The notes under the pieces: model-generated
What the model was told of the DNA's origin: nothing
The model's input: only the letters and a program-made list of their open reading frames with translations
Databases searched by the model: none
Made by a program: the position numbers and the translations under genes
Source of the DNA: Oscillospiraceae bacterium
GTDB taxonomy: Bacteria > Bacillota > Clostridia > Oscillospirales > CAG-272
NCBI GenBank assembly: GCA_015064505.1
Contig: SVSB01000006.1
Location: 1,233-65,232, forward strand
DNA: 64,000 nucleotides
Direction: 5' to 3'
In this document: piece by piece, positions 50,843 through 58,290 of the stretch
Layout of the letters: each line of letters begins with the position of its first letter
How positions within the stretch are numbered: the first letter of the stretch is position 1

Positions 50843-52625
50843 CTTGATCTCTTACTTTCTTCTTAAGGATCACCGCCGCAAACGTAGCCGCCATAGCCGC
50901 AAATACCAGAATGATAAGAGTAGCATCACCCGTATCTGCCGCAGTGGTAGACTGGGAAGCATCTGTAGTCGTTGGAGCGTCAGTAGTTGTTACCGCATCG
51001 GTAGTGGGAGCCTCGGTGGTGGTAGGAGCCTCGGTTACTGCATTGCCGGTGGTAACGGGTGTGTCGTCGCCCGTGCCCTTTGCAACGGTGCGAAGGGTAG
51101 GAACGGAATTTTCAATCACCCACACGTTTGCAAAATCAAAATTTTTGAAGGTTTCTGCCTTTGCGGCATCTGCAGAGGAGACTGCAGTTGCAAGCAGATC
51201 CATCTCGGAATCCAAAAAGTAACAATCGTTTACGGTATTAAGACCGTTGGGTGCGGCGGAAAATCCGCACTTAACGCCAACAAAGTCCGTAACAACGAGC
51301 TTGCCGCCGTTGAAGCAACGGTTTGCAACAACGTCGCTGTCAGAGAAAGCAAATATGCCCGCAGCACCCGCAAAGGCGGTAACGGTGCCGTAGTTTGCAC
51401 AATCGTTAAAGGTGAAGTTCATACCGGCGGTGGAGCTTGCCTTGATAGCGTGGCCCATAATACCGCCCGCGTGCTGACCCGTTGCCTCAACGGAGCCCAG
51501 ATTCGCGCACTGCTCGAAGAGGTAAACGCCGCCCTTGGTTCCGCCAAGGATACCGCCTACGTAATCTGCGCCGCCCGAAACGATGCCCTCGTTTACGCAT
51601 CCCTTGATATTGACCGCAAAATCGCTGCGATACTGGAAGGTTACGTATCCGATTATACCGCCCACGTAGGAGGAACCAACGATCTCCGCGGTGTTCTTGC
51701 AGTTGATTATATTTACGGTACCGCCCGCGGGATTATCTAAGGAGGTCTTTACGTTGCTGTCCATCCAGCCGACAACGCCGCCAACGCGGGTCTTGGGTGC
51801 AACGCCCGTAAGAGAAGCGTTATTCACGCAATCGGAAACGGTTACTTCGAAGCCGTGGGCAACGTAGGTAAAGATATTACCTATAAATCCGCCCGCCTGA
51901 CCTGCCGCAGAGCCGGAATAGTAGATGACCTCTCCGTTTCCGCTGCAGCCTTCAACGGTTATCTTCGTATTAGCGAGGGGAGTTTTCGTTTCTTCCACGC
52001 CGCCGGCGGAAAGAATTCCGATAAGACTGCCAACGCCTCTGCCCGCCTCGATTTTTCCATAGGCGTGGCAGTTTTTGATGGTAAGAACGTCGTTATCGGC
52101 AATACAGCCTGCCTTACCCGCAAGACCGCCTACCGCCTGTGCGCTTGCAACGCCGAGAGCGGAAACGTTAACGTATGAGGTTACGTTCTCAAGGGTGCTA
52201 GTGCCGCGAAGAGAACCGACGATACCTGCGGCGTATACCTCCGTTCCGCTCGTGGAGGTCTCCTCAACCTCACCCTTTACGGTGAGGTTCTTGATTGTAA
52301 CGTTTTCAGCCTTGCCGAAAAGTGCCTGATACTTGCTTCCGGAAAGATCAAGTCCGGAAATGGTCTTGCCGTTGCCGTCGAAAACGCCCGTAAAGGGGGT
52401 TTCCGCGTTTCCGATAGGTGCCTGACCGCTTCTGCCTGTAAGGTCTATATCTGCGGCAAGATAGTAAGTGCCGCTCCATTTGGAGCTGTCACTCATAAGA
52501 GAAATGAGCTCACCGGCATCGGAAATTGCAGTGCCTTCCGCCGCACTTACCCCAAAGGGTACTGCAAAAAGAGCAAGCATGGCCGCCAGAAGTATTGCCG
52601 TGATCTTTCTTGTTTTCATAGCCAT
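50835..52625 (-). CDS. GLUG-motif repeat surface protein with Thr/Pro-rich stalk and C-terminal TM anchor (paralogue 2)
   Basis: It has a signal peptide, and an alternative start at 52619 gives better RBS spacing. The N-terminal ~100 aa are colinear with paralogue 1. GLUG turns and a TTEAPTT stalk follow. The tail is LIILVFAAMAATFAAVILKKK. Confidence 0.75.
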   Translation of the reverse strand: MAMKTRKITAILLAAMLALFAVPFGVSAAEGTAISDAGELISLMSDSSKWSGTYYLAADIDLTGRSGQAPIGNAETPFTGVFDGNGKTISGLDLSGSKYQALFGKAENVTIKNLTVKGEVEETSTSGTEVYAAGIVGSLRGTSTLENVTSYVNVSALGVASAQAVGGLAGKAGCIADNDVLTIKNCHAYGKIEAGRGVGSLIGILSAGGVEETKTPLANTKITVEGCSGNGEVIYYSGSAAGQAGGFIGNIFTYVAHGFEVTVSDCVNNASLTGVAPKTRVGGVVGWMDSNVKTSLDNPAGGTVNIINCKNTAEIVGSSYVGGIIGYVTFQYRSDFAVNIKGCVNEGIVSGGADYVGGILGGTKGGVYLFEQCANLGSVEATGQHAGGIMGHAIKASSTAGMNFTFNDCANYGTVTAFAGAAGIFAFSDSDVVANRCFNGGKLVVTDFVGVKCGFSAAPNGLNTVNDCYFLDSEMDLLATAVSSADAAKAETFKNFDFANVWVIENSVPTLRTVAKGTGDDTPVTTGNAVTEAPTTTEAPTTDAVTTTDAPTTTDASQSTTAADTGDATLIILVFAAMAATFAAVILKKKVRDQDA

Positions 52626-52655
52626 TCTCCTTTATTTTTCATTTTTCGGATCCGC

Positions 52656-54164
52656 TCAGTCTGCCCAACTGTCTATTACCTTACGGTATCCGTTGTTTAC
52701 TGCTTTGATCTGCTGCTCAGCAATGGTGGAGTTTGCCGCATAGATGCTTGCAAAATTGCTTTCCTTTGCGCGGAACATATTAAGAAGCAAGGAGTTCATA
52801 TTGCCGATACGGTGAAGCTGACCGATATCGTAAATGAAGCTGTCGTAAATAATATCAAGCATTGCAATGCTCTCTTCATCGCGGAAGTAAGTGCCCTTGA
52901 TGGTCTTCTCATATACCGCTGGTCTTACTATAGTGCGTCCGTAGTACGCAAGCGCTTCTGTTACGATGGAGGTGAAATCCATATCCTCCTGAACGGAGGG
53001 CAGGCAAAGGAACTGGGAGTTATAGGTGGGGATGGTGCTGTAGTAACGGGTCTGCTCAGAGTTAAGCATGGGGAACGGAAGAATACCGAAGTCGGAATCC
53101 ATCTCTCTCATGCTTGAAGTATTAAAGGTGGAAGTTGCCCAGAAGAGAGCCTGGTCGTTTGTCCACTTCTCGCGCACGTTACCGTTATTGCTGTAGCGCT
53201 GATACTGAATAGCGTAATCAGTATTGTAAGCAACGTTACCGAACTTTTCAATTACGGAAAGCACCTTATCGTTGTAGATGGTAAGCTCGAACTCACCGTC
53301 CGCATTGATGGAGGCAACCTTCTGTCCTGCGGCACTGATCATACCGAGGATGGAATCGTCCCAGGCGTAAAGACCGTAGCGATCTTCCATATCCATGGTT
53401 CCGTTACCGTCAAGATCCTCGGAAACCGCAAGGCAAAGCTCTGCAAACTTATCAAGGGTCCACTTTTTATCAAGCACCAGCTTATAGGGATCCTCGCCGT
53501 TAAGCTCTTCTCTGCCAAGTGCCTTATTATAGAATATTACGTAAGTACAGTCGGACTTTGCGGCAGTTATGTCGCCCTGGGTAAAGAATATATTACCCAT
53601 TACCTGCAGATCGGTATTTGCGTTCTGATCCCACCAGGATTTTTCCAGATCCATATACTTTGCCTCGGCGAGAGGAACCAGATACGAGCTGTACGCAAGG
53701 GTGGAAACGTCCATACCGCCGATAAGACCGATATGATAATCCGCATCGTTTGCGTCAACGGCACGGGAAACGCGCTTGTAGCCTGAGCCGTTACCTACGC
53801 CGGACTTATTTTCGTCTATGACTATGTTAATAACGACCCCGAGAAGATCCTCTACCGTGGTCTTGCGCATATATTGCGCCTGATCAAGCACCTCCGTGCC
53901 CGCATCGGTAAAGCTGAAATCGTCGTAAGCTACCTGACCTGCGGAAATAACTACGAACTCCGCATCGTCAAACTTCCCCTCGGGGATCTCAAGCTTTTCT
54001 TCGGGCGCCGAAGTAACGGAGCTGTCGGTGGTATCGGAGGGGGATATTGCGGGAGCATCGGTCACCGTGGGCTCCGTGGTGGTAACGGTGGTGCCGCCGC
54101 CTCCGCAAGCAACCACGGAAAGGGCGGTGATCATAACCAAAATCAATGCGATTATCTTTTTCAT
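52656..54164 (-). CDS. extracellular solute-binding lipoprotein (large family-1 sugar SBP), orphan
   Basis: The lipobox is ALSVVACGG. It is 502 aa with a composition typical of carbohydrate ABC SBPs. No permease or ATPase genes are adjacent. Confidence 0.7.
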   Translation of the reverse strand: MKKIIALILVMITALSVVACGGGGTTVTTTEPTVTDAPAISPSDTTDSSVTSAPEEKLEIPEGKFDDAEFVVISAGQVAYDDFSFTDAGTEVLDQAQYMRKTTVEDLLGVVINIVIDENKSGVGNGSGYKRVSRAVDANDADYHIGLIGGMDVSTLAYSSYLVPLAEAKYMDLEKSWWDQNANTDLQVMGNIFFTQGDITAAKSDCTYVIFYNKALGREELNGEDPYKLVLDKKWTLDKFAELCLAVSEDLDGNGTMDMEDRYGLYAWDDSILGMISAAGQKVASINADGEFELTIYNDKVLSVIEKFGNVAYNTDYAIQYQRYSNNGNVREKWTNDQALFWATSTFNTSSMREMDSDFGILPFPMLNSEQTRYYSTIPTYNSQFLCLPSVQEDMDFTSIVTEALAYYGRTIVRPAVYEKTIKGTYFRDEESIAMLDIIYDSFIYDIGQLHRIGNMNSLLLNMFRAKESNFASIYAANSTIAEQQIKAVNNGYRKVIDSWAD

Positions 54165-54187
54165 AGCGTTTACCTTTCTTTTTTCGC

Positions 54188-55075
54188 TTATCTTAATGCG
54201 CAGGAAAGCACGGACTGCACGGCGGCAAGCTCTTCTTTTGAAGGTACCGCCGTTTCCGGCATGGGATAATCCATACCAAGTGCCTCGTACTTCGTGCGCG
54301 CAAGATCGTGATATGCAAGTGCCTTAACGGCTCTTACGTTCTTAAGACCGGAAATAAATTCCGCGATCTTCTCCGCTTCCCCGTCGTTTTTGCCGGGAAC
54401 GTACGGATATCTTATCTCCATCGGCATTCCGACAGAGTCAAGATAAAGGATATTTGAGATGATTTGCTCGTTTCCCATACCTGTGAGCTTTCTGTGCAGA
54501 TCGCTGTTCATTGCCTTGATATCGCAAAGGAACGTATCCGCATACCTTGCGGCACGTTCAACGTTTCTTCTGTCGACGGCAAGAGAGGTATCCACCGCCG
54601 TATGTATTCCCTCTTTTTTTAGCAGGGAAAGGAGCTCACAAAGGAAATCGATCTGCAACAGAGGCTCTCCGCCCGAAACGGTAACTCCGCCGCCCGTCTT
54701 TTCGTAAAACTTACGGTCCAGAAGCAGCTCGGGAAGGATATCGGCGGCGCTTATCGCCTCGCCGAATATCTTATTTGCCTTTTCCGCACACACGGCTTCG
54801 CATTTTCCGCAGACCTTGCAGTTTTCTCTGACGAAATAATGCTTCCCGTCAATAATTATCTGTGCTCCGTTCGGACATACGGCAACGCAAGCGCCGCAGC
54901 TTACGCATTTGTGAGAGTAATGAGCAAGCTGTGGGGGTGCGAACAACCCCTCGGGGTTATGGCACCAGAGGCACCTCAGCGGGCACCCCTTTAAAAACAG
55001 CGTCGTGCGTACTCCGGGTCCGTCGTGTATCTCAAGGCGCTTTATCGCAAAATATACGCCCCTTGGATCACTCAT
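54188..55075 (-). CDS. glycyl-radical enzyme activating protein (radical SAM)
   Basis: The radical SAM motif is GCPLRCLWCHNPE. Two ferredoxin-type clusters are CVSCGACVAVCP and CKVCGKCEAVC. The start overlaps the GRE stop by 8 nt. Confidence 0.9.
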   Translation of the reverse strand: MSDPRGVYFAIKRLEIHDGPGVRTTLFLKGCPLRCLWCHNPEGLFAPPQLAHYSHKCVSCGACVAVCPNGAQIIIDGKHYFVRENCKVCGKCEAVCAEKANKIFGEAISAADILPELLLDRKFYEKTGGGVTVSGGEPLLQIDFLCELLSLLKKEGIHTAVDTSLAVDRRNVERAARYADTFLCDIKAMNSDLHRKLTGMGNEQIISNILYLDSVGMPMEIRYPYVPGKNDGEAEKIAEFISGLKNVRAVKALAYHDLARTKYEALGMDYPMPETAVPSKEELAAVQSVLSCALR

Positions 55076-57272
55076 ATTTTCCTCCCGAAGCTCGCTTCAA
55101 AAAGTCTGACTGAACTGCAGGATGCATATTGACGAAATACTCGTTCCAGCCGCAAACGCGCACCTGGAGATCGGGATAATTCTGCGGATTCTGCTTTGCA
55201 TCAAGAAGCGTTTCTATATCGATAACGTTGCCCTGAATGCAAAAGCCCTTATTCTCGAAGAATATTTTTATTACGGAGCACATAAAGTCAAGTCCCGCTT
55301 CGCCCTCCACTGCCGTGGGGTGCATCATAAAGTCGCAGGGTGCACCGTCCGCCGCATCCGTAAAGTCGATGGCGGCAAAGGAAGCAAGAAGACCGGAAAG
55401 TCCGCGATGCTCACAGCCGTTGACGGGGCGGATGTTTTTGGAAAGAGGCGCTCTTGCTCCGCGTCCGTCGGGACTTGCGCCCGTGTTTCTGCCGTAGCGC
55501 TCCGCAAAATTCACGGAATCGCCGCCCATTCTGTAAACGCCGCCGTTTGCGGTGGGCTTACCAACTATCTGCTTTGCCATAAAGGCGTATATCTCGGCGG
55601 CAAGATTATCAGCCTCGGGCTCGCCGTTGCCCCATTTGATCTTATCGCTCTTTATCTCAGCACGGAGAAGCTCCGCGCCGCGCCAGTTGTTCTTAAGTAT
55701 CGTGTGCAGCTCCGCAAGAGTGACTCGCTTCTGTTCGTATACGAACTTTTTAACTGCAAGAAGCGAATCCACCGTGGTTCCCAAAGCCATTATCTTAACG
55801 CTTTCGTTTGCAAGGGGAAGTCCACAGTCAAATACGTCGCGTCCGCGCTCAACGCAGCTTGAAAAGGTGGTTGAAAGAAGCGGAGCGGGATTTGTTTCGT
55901 AGGAATAGGGAGCCTGCTTATTTATGTTGTCTATGGTAAATTCCGCAAACTTGCGCAGGTAATCGTAAAACGTTTCAAGGAATTCTTCCCAGGTCTTCGG
56001 CTCCTCGCTTCTTCCGAAGAAATAGATCTTCAGAAGCAGGTCCTCACCGCCCGTAACGGCATATTCAACAGCCTTTTCCATATTGATCCAGGAGGAGCAG
56101 ATATGCATCTCCTCCACGTTGGGAATAAAGGTCTCGTTACAGCCGATGGGCAGATAATTCTTCGATACCTCTCTGCCGATGCCGATCTTTTCATAAGCCT
56201 CAAACACCACCTCGTCGTTATAGAGGATAATGGAGGAGGCACCCGCACGAGTCATTTCCATCAGCTTGCGGAGTATGACCTCGGGCATATTTTTGCTGCA
56301 TCTTACGTGGAGCTTGGGGTTATGGATCTTCAGCTGCTGATAGATATCAAGAAAATCAAGTATCATTCTGCAGTTTACGGAATCCTCGCTCCAATCGGTG
56401 CCGATGCAGAGAGGCTGATCCGCATAGCGCTCCTCTGCCGCTATCTTTAGCAGGAAATAACCGAACATGGTCTTGATTTCCTCGCGGCTCATTCTTCCGG
56501 AGCTTATGTCCGCCTCGTAAAAGGGCGCCCAAAGCTGATCCACGGAACCAAGAGAACGAATTCTCTCCCTTGCAACCTCTCCCGCCGTCAGCATAACGTG
56601 CTGAAGGCAAAGCACCTCGTAAAGAGTTTCCGGTCTGCGTTCCGTAAGGGCGGCGTATATATCCGCCTGCTCATCCATTCCCTTTTCCCTGCAAGCAGAG
56701 GAAAGGCGGTTTAAATAAATCCGAACCGCGTCAAGGGCGATCTCGGCACTCTGATAAAAAACTCTTTGTCTGTCGGTAAGCTCACCCGAGGCTTCCTTTG
56801 CAGCTTTAGCATCCTCAAGACGGGATACAAGACCCACGAAGCCCGTTTCCACTACGGGACGCCAGTCAAACACCGCGTGCCATACGTCAAGATCGGGGAT
56901 GCCCATTCCCGTAAGAGCGCACAGCTCGCGCATTCTGCGCACACCGGGAATGCGCTTATCAAGGACTGCGCGGTAGTGCTCGGTGGAAAGCTTTTCAAGT
57001 ATTCCCGCGTGAGCGACTTTATCTATAACAACGCCGTTGCATATTTTATCGGGAAACGGGGAACGGGTATTTATGTCAAGCATACCGTTTTCAAAAAGGT
57101 ACCTGAAAACTTCAGCGAATACAACGGGGTAAGGACGGCTTACGTTATCTTCAAAATGCTTGCGCATTTCCGCCATCATCACATCAGGGCTTTTGCCGCT
57201 GTTTTCATCCCATTTCGCATTGATGTACTCGTGCCTGTTAATTGCTTTGTCTTCAAACAGTCTGTCAAACAC
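55068..57272 (-). CDS. glycyl-radical enzyme, divergent, substrate unknown
   Basis: 734 aa. A GTG start lies 6 nt after GGAGGG. The C-terminal glycine-radical loop is LQVRVCGWNEYF. ASPDGRGARAPLS is also present. The thiyl loop candidate is PIGCNET (Cys-x-Glu spacing). Confidence 0.8.
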   Translation of the reverse strand: MFDRLFEDKAINRHEYINAKWDENSGKSPDVMMAEMRKHFEDNVSRPYPVVFAEVFRYLFENGMLDINTRSPFPDKICNGVVIDKVAHAGILEKLSTEHYRAVLDKRIPGVRRMRELCALTGMGIPDLDVWHAVFDWRPVVETGFVGLVSRLEDAKAAKEASGELTDRQRVFYQSAEIALDAVRIYLNRLSSACREKGMDEQADIYAALTERRPETLYEVLCLQHVMLTAGEVARERIRSLGSVDQLWAPFYEADISSGRMSREEIKTMFGYFLLKIAAEERYADQPLCIGTDWSEDSVNCRMILDFLDIYQQLKIHNPKLHVRCSKNMPEVILRKLMEMTRAGASSIILYNDEVVFEAYEKIGIGREVSKNYLPIGCNETFIPNVEEMHICSSWINMEKAVEYAVTGGEDLLLKIYFFGRSEEPKTWEEFLETFYDYLRKFAEFTIDNINKQAPYSYETNPAPLLSTTFSSCVERGRDVFDCGLPLANESVKIMALGTTVDSLLAVKKFVYEQKRVTLAELHTILKNNWRGAELLRAEIKSDKIKWGNGEPEADNLAAEIYAFMAKQIVGKPTANGGVYRMGGDSVNFAERYGRNTGASPDGRGARAPLSKNIRPVNGCEHRGLSGLLASFAAIDFTDAADGAPCDFMMHPTAVEGEAGLDFMCSVIKIFFENKGFCIQGNVIDIETLLDAKQNPQNYPDLQVRVCGWNEYFVNMHPAVQSDFLKRASGGKYE

Positions 57273-57305
57273 GGAAATCCCTCCGAATTTTTATATTTCT
57301 GATTT

Positions 57306-57334
57306 ATTATAGCAACGCCTCTCAGAAAAATAAA
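57306..57334 (-). promoter_or_regulatory. candidate promoter of the GRE operon
   Basis: Minus strand has an extended -10 TGCTATAAT (TATAAT at 57306-57311). The -35 TTTATT, 17 nt upstream, is weak. Confidence 0.4.
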
Positions 57335-57386
57335 TGCATAATAGCGCACATTTGTAGTTTTCCGTAGTGTAATTACGCAAAAAACA

Positions 57387-57432
57387 TTGACAATATTTTC
57401 CCCTTAGTTTACAATCTATACAGTATATTGTA
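57387..57432 (+). promoter_or_regulatory. AraC-gene promoter overlapped by an inverted repeat
   Basis: TTGACA (57387-57392), a 17-nt spacer, then TACAAT (57410-57415). The dyad TTACAAT-CT-ATAC/GTAT-ATTGTAA spans 57409-57433. Confidence 0.55.
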
Positions 57433-57465
57433 AGCAAGAACGCAAAAACGAAACGGAGTTTTTAT

Positions 57466-58245
57466 ATGGTGTTTTTCGAAAATGTACAAATTTCCCGCAC
57501 AAGATGGTGCTCAAAGCTCTATCTGAACGCTTTGCACCTCACCCGCTTCAAGCCGAGAAAAAGCCATGCTTTTGTGGTTTTCCTTACCGGATGCGTGAAA
57601 TATACTTATCCGAACAATAACGTGATAATCGCAGAGCCAAACTCCTTTCTTTATCTTCCTCAAGGCGTTGAATTTGATTTTCAACCGATTCAGCCGTCAA
57701 CCTGCCTCGTAGTCAACTTCCACACTTCGGGAAAAACGGATTTTGAAGCCTTTGGCGCAAATTACAGAAACATCACGAAGATACGCGATTGTATGCTTGC
57801 GGCAGTAAACGCATATAAAAACCAAAATATCGGCTATAAAGCAGAGATATTTTCGGAGATATACAAAATAATCTCCCTGGTGCAGAAAAACGAGATAAAC
57901 GACTATGTTTCCCCCGAGCAACGCAAAAAGCTGCAGCCCGCAATAGAGCATATCGAAAAGCACTTTCTTGACAGCGATATAAAGATCTCCGAGCTTGTGA
58001 AGCTTTGCGGAATAAGTGAAAAATACTTCACCACCCTTTTCTCTCACTATTATCAATCGGGAGCAAAGCAATATATAATACACAAGAAGCTTGAATACGC
58101 CCGCGCCCTGCTGGAATCCACCGCATCTTCGGTAACCGAAATATCGGAGGCCTGCGGCTTTTCATCGGTATACTATTTCTCCAAGCTATTCAAGCAACGC
58201 ACGGGAATGACTCCGACGGACTACAGACGCATCAATATTTACTGA
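57466..58245 (+). CDS. AraC family transcriptional regulator
   Basis: 259 aa with a cupin-like N-terminus. The C-terminal HTH is VTEISEACGFSSVYYFSKLFKQRTGMTPTDYRR. It is divergent from the GRE operon. Confidence 0.85.
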   Translation: MVFFENVQISRTRWCSKLYLNALHLTRFKPRKSHAFVVFLTGCVKYTYPNNNVIIAEPNSFLYLPQGVEFDFQPIQPSTCLVVNFHTSGKTDFEAFGANYRNITKIRDCMLAAVNAYKNQNIGYKAEIFSEIYKIISLVQKNEINDYVSPEQRKKLQPAIEHIEKHFLDSDIKISELVKLCGISEKYFTTLFSHYYQSGAKQYIIHKKLEYARALLESTASSVTEISEACGFSSVYYFSKLFKQRTGMTPTDYRRINIY

Positions 58246-58252
58246 AAAATGA

Positions 58253-58290
58253 ATCAGGCGCACTCTTCGGAGTGCGCCTGATCTTTTTAT
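58253..58290. terminator. bidirectional terminator
   Basis: ATCAGGCGCACTC-TTCG-GAGTGCGCCTGAT followed by CTTTTTATTTT. It sits between convergent genes. Confidence 0.8.
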
